Positions 31,007-46,057 of a DNA stretch of 64,000 nucleotides are shown piece after piece. A model generated the notes under the pieces. The model was not told the origin of the DNA, did not search any database, and was given only the letters and a program-made list of their open reading frames with translations. This stretch comes from the human T2T-CHM13v2.0 reference genome, Homo sapiens, in the NCBI RefSeq assembly GCF_009914755.1, contig NC_060928.1. One strand, 5' to 3'. Positions within the stretch are counted from its first letter, which is position 1. Each line of letters opens with the position of its first letter. A program made the translations under genes and the position numbers.

Positions 31007-31993
31007 TTAGGAAAAACATTCTAATCTCAATTTGTAGGAACATCACCTTTGAATACCTGGAGAGATGCTCTTACCTTTGCATTCATTGTTTCCTTTGCCT
31101 GGAATGTTCTCCAGAAATCCTCATGCTTAACTCCCTCATGGCCCTCAAGTTACTCCTAAATGTTACTCCTACATGAGGCCAACTTGACCACTGTACTTAA
31201 ATTGCAATTTCCCCAACCCTGCCACAGAACATCTAGCTCCCTTTAACGTATAAGCATTAACCTAACTCTTCTTTTTTGTTTTTGTTTCTCTTTTTCCTTA
31301 CAACTTATCTCCTTTTAACAAGCTGTGTGATTTACCTATTTATTTCGTTCATTTTTTTATTGTCTGCCTCCTCCCAACAGAATGTTGTAAAGGCTAAGAA
31401 AAACCCTAGTGTTTTTCCTATTCTCACACAACACAACCCCTCTGACATGAGCTGTGTTAGGGTTGTTTCCTCACATACCAAACAATTCTCCAGCAGACAC
31501 CAGCTGGGTGTCCTCTAATTCAATTCTATTCCGGCACTTGGTGAAGATAGTGTCGGATCCCACAGGTTGAAGGCTCAGTCCCATCAGACTGCCCCCCACT
31601 TCACATGCTAATCACAAGTCCTAGCTTGTGACCTATACTGATGACAGACCAGTGATAAGTTAAGGGTGCCCGTGACCCCCTTCTCAGGTTTGATTAATTT
31701 GTGAGAGCAGCTTACAGAACCCAGGGAAACACTTTACTTACGTTTACCCATTTACTGTACAGGATATTACAAAGGATAAACAGCCAGATGGAAGAGATGC
31801 ATAGAGTGGTGTGGTAGAGGAGCACAGAGCTTTCATGCCCTTTCAGGACACACCACACTCCAGAAACCTCCACATATTCAGCCTCATCCTGAGGCTATCT
31901 AGGAGTTCACCAAGAATCTCCTCATTAGAACAAAAGATGTTCCTATCACCCACAAAATTCTAAAGGATTTAGAAGCTCTTTGTCCGATCTTAT

Positions 31994-33283
31994 TGATATG
32001 GATAGGAGGAGGGGAAATACTGGGTAGAAGAGGGTGGTTCCCTGGCAAATGCCCCACCCTCAAGCCTGGAAACTGCAACCCTAAATGAGAATAGTTGCCC
32101 CTGTTGTCCAGCCCAAATGTTGCTTTTTCCAAAACCACCCTGGCCCACCACACCCCCCATCCTATACCCATTAAAAACCCCAAACCCCACTGGCACAGGA
32201 GCAGAGCAGCATGGTAAAGAAGGAGAGAGGAGGCATCTTAACATTGAGAAGAGTTCAGACAGGGATGGTTGGTCCCCAGCCGAACTCCAGGGGAAGACTA
32301 ACTTTCCCTTCCATCCCCTTTCCAGCTCCCCATCCTGCTGAAAGCCACCCCATCGCTTGTTTGAAATGCTTGTTCCCCAGTGCCATAAAGAAATAGCACT
32401 TGAACATAAATTCAATTTCTTCAGCAAGGCCATTTTTATACTTTCTGCAGAAAGGGTACACTCACCAGCAGTTTTGCCGCGACTGTATATTGAACAAAGG
32501 AGACAAGGTCATTTATAACCTGATGCGTCCACTTTACAGCTGTGTCCCGTTTTTATTGGCTGGAACGGGACCTCACAATCTGTATTTGTCTCAATTGGCT
32601 AGCAACTTAGAAATGTTTAAGAGGCAAAGGCAGAGGAGAACAAAGGAAGGAGGAAGTAACTTGAGGAATGCTGAGAAAGGTAAAAACACCTTTAAATAAG
32701 GAAGAGGAACAGGCTATAACTTAATGCTTGCTTGGACCAGTATAAGCATGCCAGGGCAAATATTTAGGCTAAATTGTGGAAGATAAGAATGTAAAGTACA
32801 TTTTTTTTTTATTATTACAGCTAGCAGATATTTAAGAATGTTAGCACAGGTCTTTGAATAAATTTTGTTTTTAAGAGAAGTTACTGTTTATTTCTAATTA
32901 GACGGGGAGGAAAGTCTTTGAAGAGGAACCTTTACTTTACTTTTTACACACTCAATAAAATCTCTGCATCCTTCAAGTCCATGTGACCTGATTCTTTCTG
33001 GATGCTGGACAAGAACCCAGGTACCAAGAGGGCAGGATGTAAAAGGCTGTCACCCTGACTCTCCATTGAGCTGGTTAACACTTAGCCATCTGTGGATGGC
33101 AGCTGCTAAAGGAGCATTAATTGTAACACACCCCTGGATGCTGCTGTGGGGCTAGAGCCCAAAAGCACTCACCCCAGCCCTGGCACACACTCACCTGCAT
33201 GCTCCTCCTCCCGCAAGGGGTTTAAGCAAGCCACACTCCTGTCTCAAGTCCCATGATAAGGTCAAGGAAATTCTCCCATCTCA
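31994..33283 (+). mobile_element. ERV1 solo LTR (LTR27/LTR28/MER52 group), interrupted
   Basis: TG...CA termini ('tgatatggataggaggaggggaaatactgggtagaagaggg' ... 'ttctcccatctca'). 4-bp TSD ttat at 31990-31993 and 33284-33287. AATAAA at ~32954. Confidence 0.8.
32358..32948 (-). mobile_element. LTR10 (LTR10C-like, HERV-I group) solo LTR
   Basis: The minus strand reads tgtaaaaagtaaagtaaaggttcctcttcaaagactttcctcccc...gaacaagcatttcaaaca. The 4-bp TSD is cgct/cact (one CpG-type transition). Confidence 0.85.
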
Positions 33284-35645
33284 TTATCACTCTGGAGATT
33301 GCAAAGGGTTGTTCAGGGACCCAGAACCAAAGACCATATATTAGAACAAAAGAGTCTCCTATCACCTTTATCTACAAAGGTTTTAGGAGCTCTGTCCCAG
33401 GAACAAAGAGGGTGTGCAGAGGACAACTACATATTTCTTATTATATCACAATATCCCAGATGTAAACTCCACAAGGGCAGAGTCTGCTTTATTAATTTGT
33501 ATATCACAAGTACCTGGAACAGTGCCTGGTACAAAGTGTGAAATGAACATCTTTTGAATAAAAAAAATACTTTAAAATTGCCAACAAAATTCAAACTTCA
33601 TAGGTTTATATGCCAGTATTGTAAGTAAAGATACTACTAACAGGAAACCCAGTCATCAAAACTAACTTATTTGGGAAAAATAAAAAGAATAGAAGGTGAT
33701 GCTGAAGCCCAAAATTCTTGTTCACTGGCACTACTCATGCTGTCTCTATTCTTAGAGCATCTATGCCAGGGCTACTGGAACAAAGGAAAGAGTATGCATT
33801 TTAGGTGGAAAAGACTGGTTTTGGATGCAGTTCTTTCAGAGGGAGGCATGAGGTCTAGTGATGACAACAAAGACCAGAATTTAAGAGTCTGCTACTTTGC
33901 TTCTAAGTGTGCAGGGATGCTTTCTTGCGCCAAAAAAGGGCATGAATCTGCTTCGTTATCAACAGTTCATCTGCCTAGCTATAGAGAAAATTATAATCTC
34001 TCTCTCTCTCTTCTTATTTTAGAAAACATGGGAGAATAACGATAATGTTCTGGTCTTAAATAAAAAACATAATCCACAATACAGCTCCAATTTCCTAATC
34101 CACAGAAACTGAATCACAAAGATAACCAGTCTTTCTTCTGATCAAACCACAGTTTGAAGAGACACAATCAACCAAGATTACCAGGGTGCTAAGGACAGCC
34201 TAGACTGGAATGATTTCATGAATTTTCAGAGAAGAAATTAAATTATGCCATAATGCTCAATCTACATTATAGAGTACATAAAAGAAGGAAAGGTGTTTGT
34301 GTCATTCCAACTTGAATAGATTTTACGACATGTCTATTTTCTAGTCTAAAGATTTCTAGAAAATGAGAATAAAATAAATGAGGCTTAGTCAACTCTGGAG
34401 AATATAGATTAAGATAGAGAAAAAGGCCAAACCAAATAAAACTAAAGTCATTTAACAAAGTGGTTCTTGAATTATTTATATTTGGTTTTGTAATGGGATT
34501 GCACACAGAGTCCACTGTGCCTAACTTCCTGTACTTCACATTTTAGCCCCATGCTTGGCAACTCAAAGCCCAATGGGAAGGCTGATGATAGAAGATCAGA
34601 TAATCTGCAAAGCAGATAATCTGCTTCTCACAATTGAGTATTAGAACAGTCAAGAGACCACCTGAGCCCCCATAATATACCCTTTCCAGGCCCACAAACA
34701 GAGCCTTTCAGGGTATTGACCCAAGCCCAGAGGCATCATGGAGGCTCACAATTAAAAGGCTTTGACCCAACTTCTGACCTCAATGTCCACTTCCTGTGGA
34801 GAGTGTCTGAACTAGCCTAACAGAATTGCAGACTTAGGAATGCTGACCAAATTACTTTCATTCTACCTTCTAGCTCACAAAACCATTAGGATCCTATTCA
34901 TTTAGACATATGCTGGTCCAATAGCTCAGAATAGTTCATATCAGTCTGTTTCACTGAGGTCTACATTGTTCTCAGCAATTATCCTTACAACTATCCAAAG
35001 TGACCATCTTTAACACATATATACATGTATCTGCAGCCTCTCTTTGTTTAATTGATGAATACAACAGATTTTATTGATGCAGATTTATCAGACGCTTCAG
35101 TAACATCATCAGGATAAACAGGTCTTTGAGAAATAAGACCTCCAATAAAAAAGTTACTGGTTATCTTAATATTATAATTACTGTTGCTGGTAAGACTAAT
35201 GTATATTCAAAACTAGGATAGCTGATCTAAAATGAAACAAATATTTTGTCTCATGTAATTGGCTATGAAACTGCCAGAATAACTGAAGAGATCAGAAAAG
35301 TGAGAAATAGTCTTCTCCAAAGACAAAAACCCCAATCTTGATAACTGTCCACTTGGAAGAAAAACTTAAATCATCAATGTCAATATTAGCAATTAATTAC
35401 TTTCTTCTAAATCAGTGTATTCCTCCTTATATTTTTATCCTCTCCAAAGAACATCGCATTAAGTACTCTTTCATTGAGTATTTCTAGATCATCCCACTAT
35501 TGAGTATTATATCAGATATATTATTCCTAGCTGAGAGATTTAAAATTCTTGATAGCTTGAAGAATGGCCCCAAGTCTTGTCAAACTATGCAGTTCAGAGT
35601 TCATTCAGTGATTCATACTACACAAATATCTGCTTGACAAATAAT

Positions 35646-35685
<40 letters not shown>

Positions 35686-35700
35686 TGTGTGCGTGTGTGT
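35646..35700. repeat. Compound (TC)n(TG)n microsatellite
   Basis: Read directly. Confidence 0.95.
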
Positions 35701-36746
35701 ATGCAAGAATATGGGTAAGCAAGCAAGAGAGCTGAGCTTCTGTCTCTTAGAAAGCAGTCTGAGGAAAATCTAATACCCATTGGGAAGAAAACTATCCAAA
35801 AGATGTTTCAGATCCAAATATATAACAAGGAGTACTATGGGTCAAATACACTTTTGTTTAAAACCAGGTATATGTTAGTTTTAATCCCTCTGGATCAATC
35901 TACAACCCTATCAAAGGCAGAGAAACAAAATCACAATAATAATGAAGAAAAAAATCCCATAGTTTTGACAGTATGTGAATTTCCAGAAAAGGCACATAGG
36001 TTGCCTAAATTAACCATGCATTCACTAGTCAGGTAATAATGTGGTAATAGGCTTGTGATATTATATTAATTGTACTTGCAAAACATGGTTATGCAATTTC
36101 TGAAAAAGAGAGTTCTGCTCTATAAAAACTACTTGCCATCAATGTGCAAACCACTATATTTAGGTTATATGTTTTATTTTTGTCAAATCAGAGAGATCTT
36201 GCCAACATACCTTTTTAGTTTTAAAAGCGATTCAGTTCACTGCATATACTTATTTTATTTTCAATTCAAAAACTACTTTTTGATGACCTACTACATATGG
36301 GGCACTAAATTAGGTGTTGCTAAAGGCTACAAAGATGAATTGCATTGCAATTCAAAATGTAGGCGATCCATTGAGACTTTCTGAAATGAATTCATTTGAT
36401 TCCTACTTATAATTGTTGTATCAGTACACAGAAATATACAAACTGGCACATTATATTATTGTAGGAATTTTTTTCTTTTCCTTTTCCTTTTTAACATGAC
36501 TAACATTATAGAGGGAATAAAGTAATCTCTATACTTACAAAAACATATAATTAGTTGGTACGATGTTTATCTTGATTCCCAGAAGTTAAAAAAAATAGAT
36601 AATTTAGATATAGATATACACCTAAGCATTTATTATAAATTTAAACAGTTCCAAAGTTTCTAGGGAGTGAAGAAATGCCGGCCATCATTTTACAGAATTT
36701 TAAAATTTATGCCTGATCCACTCATTTATAATTAGAATTTTATCAG

Positions 36747-36909
36747 AAGGGACAGATCCAGGTTTTGTGACCCCTAAAGCCCATACAATTTGGGGGGCTC
36801 TTGTTTAAGAAAGGAGTACAAAACTAGTGCCAGGGCCTCAGAAGGGGCCCATGCAAATGAGGGGCCCTAAAGCTTAAGCATCATTAGCTTCTGAGTAAAT
36901 CTGACTCTG
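36747..36909. mobile_element. MER45A-like hAT-Tip100 MITE
   Basis: 'gacagatccaggttttgtg...gaggggccctaaagcttaagc...gtaaatctgactctg', with degenerate 8-bp TSD tttatcag/gttttcag. Confidence 0.7.
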
Positions 36910-38079
36910 GTTTTCAGTCATCAATAACAAACTTTCATCAATAGAATGATGTAAAACAGAGCAACAAGTATCTGAAATTTAAGTTGGGGCGGAAATATAG
37001 TTCTCTGAAAGTTAATTAGAGGAGCTATGTGAACTTTTGTAAAACTGAACTGTTTAGGAACCCTCCCCTCACCCCCAGAAATCTACTCTAACATTGCCAT
37101 GCACAGCATCAGGAGGAGGCTCAAGGTTAATCACTCATTTCCCCTTTCAATCCGTCTCAATTACTGTTATGGGATGCTTCAATTAGTCATTCTCATTCTC
37201 TCCAGGGATAGGGAGAGATTGCAGATAACTCATCCCAAATAGACTTCACAATTTGAATCCCTCCACCCAGCCAAAGAAAAATCTTCACTGGAGGCAAGGA
37301 AGATTTGCTCTCATCCACTCTGCACTCTGTCAATGCCACTCTTTCATCAGACAAAGAGAAGCCATCAGTCTTTAGGGAGGCAAGTTCTTCTTTTCCCTTC
37401 CCCCAAAGGAGCAAGTTCTGTTTCTACCACACACTCAGCCTAAGACTGCCCTAGGCAATTGTTCTTAAAACTACCCTTGGAAGGCCCTTTCCAGAAGCTA
37501 GCCCCTGAGACAGCCAGCCATATTATCAATCACCTAGACAGCATTTATACCTTTTTCTATGCCTGCTCTCTACTTGTCATAAGATTGCTTAGCCCTAAAG
37601 TCTAAAATCTACAAAAACAGACATTTCAGTGACTTAAAGAAGCATTTGCAGTATCAATAGTTTATAGAAGACTACACAGAAAATAATGATTTCTAAACCT
37701 AGAAAGAAAAATGTCTCCCAATCTTAGAGAAGGCATTCAAACTCTCTAAAGGCATGGGATAAGAGAAAAAAAAAAATCTAATCTGACAAAAGGCTTTGTT
37801 GCAAAGGTTTTGTATATTTTTACCTCTGTAAATATTCCAAGTACTCTGGGTTCTGTTATCATCATACGGAGATTATACATGCTGTGCAATTATAGCGATG
37901 TTACAAAATAACACTTATGAATGGATAAACATTTCTAGTTATGTTGACATTGTTTAATAATTGCTTATTCTCCTGTAGAAGGACTAAATTTGCTCAAGGA
38001 CTGCATAAAGTGGCCTATTTCTGATCAGTCATTTCTTCCATTGTGCCATCACTGTATTTACACTGTCACAGCACTAACA

Positions 38080-38225
38080 TCATGTTACAATTACTGTTTC
38101 ACCCAATAGACTACAGACTCCCAGGGGCTGGGAGAAGGGAGGTTGTACTAGGGCTGTTTTCATTTTTGTATCTTTAATAACGAGTAGTGCTGACACATAG
38201 TTGGCACTCAATGAGTGAATTTACT
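38080..38225 (+). mobile_element. L2 3' end relic
   Basis: 'tagactacagactccc...gtgctgacacatagttggcactcaat'. Confidence 0.5.
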
Positions 38226-38982
38226 GAAACAGACATGGAATTGATAATATTTAATATGAATGGCAAGACCCAATATTTTAGGGGTTACCAAGGCATGTTG
38301 AAAATCAAATATTGAAGTTACTTTATAAATAGCTGGCACAGAAGATGCTCATGATGGACTGAGCAGTTCTAAGCATGAAGGGCTTTTTAATATAAATAAT
38401 GTCCTCTTCGAGAAATATATTTCAGAATCCAGAGATTAAAAGTACTCCAAATGTGTTTAAAATCACACCATTTTAAATTTCTTATAAAATTGTCACCTTG
38501 TGTCCTTTCCTCTTCATAATATCTAGTTTTGTATATGAGAAAAATCCAAAACTCAATCTTGACCCATGAAACTCTTTTCCATGATGGGCCCAGGGTATCT
38601 TGAGATAGAATTATATCAGTATTGGGGGTGGGGGGTGCAGAATATCATCAATATCGGTGAAACTTTCCTTGGTACCTCTAACCACCTCTAGGCACTGCCT
38701 CCTCATGCATGGCTCCCCGATTTTCTTCTGGAATGTAGGCCTCTGAAACCACTGAAAGCTCGATTTGTCTCCTTATCTATTGTGACCTGCAGCCTCATCA
38801 CACAATAAAAGTAAGCATTTTTATTGTTACCTTGACTTCTTTAAATAGACCAGATTAGGTTGTTCAACTGATTCTAGGGCTCTGAAGTAATAATAGTAAA
38901 TATTTACAAAATGATTATTTTGATTCAAGTAGTACTCTGTATATAAGAACTTAGTGAATTCTCTCAACTCCCTATGAGACAG

Positions 38983-39395
38983 TGAAGCAGGAGAATAGGG
39001 TCTAGGAGCAGGGAACCTAAGGACTTCCTAGAACTAAATCAAAGGGGGAAAACCGCGGCTTTCTAAGGCCAAGTCAGCTATGACAGGAAACATCCTCTTC
39101 ATTTGTACAGGGTGTACACCGAGTAAATAACTTTGTAATCTCATTTCATCCTCTTCATTTGCATAGAGCATACACCAAGTAAGCAATGGGAAATCTCTAG
39201 ACGATATTTAAGCCCCCAGAAAATTCTGTAACCAGGCCATTGAGCCGCTTTCTCAGGCCTGCTCCCACCCTGTGGAGTGTGCTTTTGTTTTCAATATATC
39301 TCTGCTTTTGTTGCTTCATTCTTTCCTTGCTTTGTGTGTTTTGTCCAATTCTTTGTTCAAACTTCCAACAGCCTGGACACCTTCCACTGGTAACA
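38983..39395 (+). mobile_element. ERV1 solo LTR (MER61/MER51 group) inserted in a MIR
   Basis: 'tgaagcaggagaatagggtctaggagcagggaacctaagg' ... 'ccactggtaaca', with TSD acag/atag. MIR(-) sequence continues across it (cctatgagacag | atag...ttattgtcccattttatagctgagaaac). Confidence 0.85.
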
Positions 39396-39629
39396 ATAGG
39401 TTACCTTATTGTCCCATTTTATAGCTGAGAAACCTGAAGTTCAGAAAGGCTAACAACTATTAAAATCACTGAGATTCAATCTCAGCCTGGCTCCAGAATC
39501 TGTGCTCATTGATGATGAAGACAACAACAAGCTAATAATAGCCAATACTTAGGTAGCTACTAATTAGATGTCAGGTATGTTCTAAGCATGTTAAATGTAT
39601 TTGTTCATGTATTTAATTAATGACACCAG

Positions 39630-39780
39630 ATCAGAAGTCAAAGAAACCAGGATTCCAATTCAACTGCTGGCACTGATTAACTGTGTAATTTAGGGGAAGT
39701 CGTTTCAAACACTCTGGGTCTCAGTTTCCTCAGTTACACATCAAAGGTATTGTATCAAATAATCTCTGAGATCTAACACT
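39630..39780 (+). mobile_element. MIR relic
   Basis: 'actgtgtaatttaggggaagtc...ctctgggtctcagtttcctc'. Confidence 0.6.
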
Positions 39781-40400
39781 ATATTTATTGCTTTCCCACG
39801 TGAGCAGTGCCAGAATGAAATTATATTCCTGCTCTCAAAAAAACTGTACTAATCAAACAATGTCAATTATTAAAGTCCAGCAAACATCTTTTATTTCATG
39901 CTCAAAACTGCTATTTGGTGGATTAATACAGAATATAAAATGAAACTTGGTAACTCTTAAAAAGTAATAATGCCTAAAAGCCATAAAGAAAAAAACTGAT
40001 AAATTTAATTACACAACTTCTTTTTAAGCCCCAGATGACAAAAACATCATATGGTCAAAAGATAAATGACTAGAAATAATATATGCAACACATGTAACAG
40101 ACATAGGTTATTATTTTATGAGTAGCTTATAAAATCAATGTAAAAAGACTAATGGGAAATGGGTAAAAATACATATTTCTTTGTATTCTTTGTGCCTAGC
40201 CCAGTTCCTTGAAAGAACACATGGTCAAAAAGCCAATGATAAACTAAATACATGAACTATGTGATTTTATTATTAGTCTCTTTATCAGGTTTCATAAAAA
40301 AGCACACTATGTATATATAGGGATTTGGACAATATTAGAAGATTAATTTTACAGAATTACTACAGACTTTTATAGAAATATAAAATCAGAATATTATACT

Positions 40401-40497
40401 TGATATGATTTAGATGTTTTGTCCCCTCCAAATCTTATGTTAAAATATAATCCCCAATGTTGGAGGTGGGCCTACTGGGAGGTGCCTAGGTCATGAA
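40401..40497 (+). mobile_element. MaLR (MST-type) LTR 5' fragment
   Basis: 'tgatatgatttagatgttttgtcccctccaaatcttatgttaaaatataatccccaatgttggaggtgggcct'. Confidence 0.75.
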
Positions 40498-41011
40498 GGA
40501 AAACATGACAAACTTAACAATGGCTATCCATAAGGAGAGATAAGAAAGGGATACTTGCATTTTTTTTACATTTATACACTGCTTTTTAATGTGCCCATAT
40601 TATGTATTTAAGAATATATTTTTTAAAACAGAATAATTATATAAGAATAGTCTTTAAATTATGGGTCTATCTTCAATAATTTCTAAGAATCAACTACCCT
40701 TACTGAAAAGACTCCTTCAGAGTATTTAACAATCAATATGGCAAACAATTAAGCCACCTTTCTTCCTTTCTATAGCAATGTCTTCCTCTCCTTAGTATTT
40801 TTTCTCTTCCCCTCAAATACAATCAGTTGCCAAGTCTAGTTGATTTTTTTCCATTTCCTCTGCTAATACCCTAGGTTTAGGGTTTCAATAATATCTTTTG
40901 TTAGATAATATTGGTAGTAGAAGGAGATATTGTTACTAAATTCTTCTGTGTGGCAGGTGCTTCACATGTCTGTTCTCTAATCCCTATAGTAATTACAGAA
41001 GGTTGATATTA

Positions 41012-41053
41012 TTAGGTTAGTGCAAAAGTAACTGCGGTTTTTGCCATTACTTT
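41012..41053. mobile_element. MADE1 (Hsmar1 mariner MITE), one arm only
   Basis: ta|ttaggttagtgcaaaagtaactgcggtttttgccattacttt matches one half of the 80-bp MADE1 palindrome. Confidence 0.8.
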
Positions 41054-41290
41054 AAAAAATGCCTCACTTTTAAAACAGCATAATCAAATAGGTGAAAAGT
41101 AGAATCTCATTGCTTTAACTTAAATTTCTCTAACTCTTAAGAGGTTCAGCATATTTACTCATCTTTTTGATTCTCCTGTGTCATTTCATGTCATATGTTT
41201 CGCTTTATTTTTTCCAATTAGGTGACTGTCCTTTGCTTATTGATTACAGATGTTTCTCATACATTTTGATTTTTTCCCTCAACTTAAAAA

Positions 41291-42045
41291 TAAATAAATT
41301 TTTTTAACTCGAAATAACTTTTATTTTAGATGCAAGGGGTACACATGCAGGTTTGTTACCTGGGTATACTGCATGATGCTGAAGTTTGGAGTACATTTGA
41401 TCTCATCAGCCAGATAGTGAGCATATTATCCAATAGTTAGTCAACTCTTGCCCCCTTCCTCCCTCCCGACTCTAGTAGTCCCCAGTGTCTCTTGTTGCCA
41501 TCTTCATGTCCGTAAGTACCCAGTGTTTAGCTCCCACTTACAAGTGAGAACATGCAGTATTTGGTTTTCTTTTCTTGCATTAACTCACTTAGGATAATGG
41601 CCACAAGCTAAATCCATGTTGCTGCAGAAGTCATGATTTCTTTCCTTCCATAGTGTATATGTACCACATTTTCTTTATCTAATCAACTGTTGATGGGGTA
41701 CCTAAGTTGATTCCATGTTTTTGCTATTGTGAATAATTCAGTGATGAACATATGAGTCCATGTCTTTTTGGAAGACCAATTTATTTTCCTTTGGACATAT
41801 AGCCAGTAATGGGAGTGTAGGGTCAAATAGTAGTTCTATCTTAAAGTCTATGAGAACTCTCCAAACTGCTTTCCACAGTGGCTAAACTGAATTAGATTCT
41901 TACCAACAGTGTTTAAGAATTCCTTTTTCTCTGCAGCATTGCCAGCATCTGTTGTTTTTTGACTGTTTAATAATAGCCATTTCAACTGGTGTGAGTTGGT
42001 ATCTCATTGCGGTTTTGATTTGCACTTCTCTCATGATTAGTGATG
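41291..42045 (-). mobile_element. 5'-truncated L1 (L1PA15/16-like) 3' end
   Basis: Reverse L1 3' UTR and ORF2 end. 15-bp direct repeat ccctcaacttaaaaa at 41276-41290 and 42046-42060. Confidence 0.88.
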
Positions 42046-42892
42046 CCCTCAACTTAAAAAAAAATGTTTTTAAACGTACAGAAAAGTTGCTAAGAATAGT
42101 ATAATGAACACTCATATATCCTTTACCTGCACTCACCAATTACCAGTCATTAACATTTTGCTACCTCTCTCTCAACTGTCTGCCTCCCAAACTCTCTGTT
42201 ACTTGCAAACTGTGTGTGTGACATTGTGGCAATGCTCACCTAATATCTTAGCATGTATTCACATATTCTCTGTTGTTAATGCCTACTGCTATTCTGGCCC
42301 TTCAAAGGTACCTTCTCTAACCTAATGAACTCTCAGCACTTTCTATATCATGCATTTACTCTTTCTTTTTTTTGGAATGTACTGTTATCGGCCATATGTC
42401 CAAATCTTATCCATCCTTCAAAGTCCACTCAAATGCCCTTTAACCCATAAAACGTACTCTTCTAAATATTCCTTCAGTTATATGTGCCTCTTTTTATACT
42501 ACATACTGCTTTCTTCTTGGAAGGACAATTATTTGTATATATGTCTCTCTCCCTTAATAGTCCATGGGCACTTGAGGAAAGGAAGCATATCGAATAGCAA
42601 GTTCTATTTTTCATAGAGCTTAGTATAGTCTCTTACATATAGGAGATACTCAATAAACAACTACAAAATCAATCAGCAAAATCACTGAATAAATGTATGT
42701 TTGTGAGAGAATCGGAGGGAGAATTAGATTCTACTTCTGACCTTTTAGCAACTTTCTTTGTAATTTAATGCAAATTAAAATCCTAATCCTGATGTGAAAG
42801 TATTTGGAGGTGGGACTTTTGGAAGACAATTGGGTCACAAAGGTGGAGCCCTCATGATTTAGACTAGTGTCCTTATAAGAAGAGGCCAGAGA

Positions 42893-45040
<2,148 letters not shown>

Positions 45041-45464
45041 CATTAAAAGAGGCCAGAGAGCTAGCTAGCTTGGTCTCTGCCATGTGGAGACACAGGGAAA
45101 AGTCAGTTGTCTGCAACCTGGAAGAAAGCTTTCATCAGAATCCAACCATCTTTATATGCTGACAACCAGATCTTGGATTTGCAGCTCCAGACTGTCAAGA
45201 AATAAATGTTTTTGTTAAAGCCATGGAGTCTATGGTAATTCATTACAGCAGCCTGAACCAACTAAAACAAACATACACTTAATGAGATCTATTAACTCTT
45301 TCAAAAGCTATAAGTAGTGCCAAGACAAGTAGTAGACCAACATTCCCAGAGAGAACTTCATTCTCCTTAGCACAACATAGTGTCTTTATGACTAGGGTTG
45401 GTTTATCAGCTTCTAATGTAACAGGGCAGGGAGGGGGAATGGCTGTTAGATAGATATGAATCTC

Positions 45465-45680
45465 AGACTTGGAATTAGAAGAACTTTCGGTTTGGCCTTC
45501 TGGCTATGAAACCTTGGGCAAATCACTTAACTAGCCCCTATGATTCTCAGAGTTCTTAGCTATAAAATGCAGATGACCATTCCTCCCTGGGGCTGTTGTT
45601 AGAATTTGTGAAATAATGGATGCCAAATCACTTAGCACAGTTGCCTAGCTTAATAGATGCTCAATAAATGTTAGCTGAAT
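45465..45680 (+). mobile_element. MIR relic
   Basis: 'accttgggcaaatcacttaac...ctcagagttcttagctataaaatg...gcacagttgcctagc...ctcaataaatgttagc'. Confidence 0.7.
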
Positions 45681-46057
45681 GCAACCTATGGAATCTCAAA
45701 AAACATATTTTTAGGAGTTACAATGACAATTATAATAGTACATAACATCACTAAGGTGTGAGGGTGTGATTTTAACCTTTTAATAGTAAAATTTGTTGAA
45801 GACATCTAGATTCTGCTATTTGAAAAACTATTTTCACTAATATTTTATATCTTACACAGAATAATCAGACAACGAGCTCTTTAGTTGTAAGTAAACCTGT
45901 TCACAAGAAACTATATTGAAATTGACAGAAGGCCATCATGTTTTATGGTTTCAGTGACAGATTGTAGTACTGTAAAGCTAATAGTTATTAAAGGCTTAAC
46001 ATTAGGCATGGGGCAGTTTTGAAGGAGGATACAGAATATGTAAAAGATAGCTATTTA

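Larger units (their letters stand above)
31383..33458 (-). mobile_element. MER21-family LTR split into ~31383-31993 and ~33284-33458
   Basis: 'cagacaccagctgggtgtcctctaattcaattc...gatcccacaggttgaaggctcagtccc' and the repeated 'attagaacaaaaga..tcctatcacc' unit on both sides of the insertion. Confidence 0.75.
31070..33560 (+). mobile_element. L2 3' relic split by nested LTRs (pieces ~31070-31383 and ~33459-33560)
   Basis: 'ttgtctgcctcctcccaacagaa' resumes as 'tgtaaactccacaagggcagagtc...acctggaacagtgcctggtac'. Confidence 0.7.

Noticed and set aside
31899-32699. Cluster of six overlapping ORFs
   Set aside because: They lie wholly within solo LTRs and show no gag, pol or env motifs.
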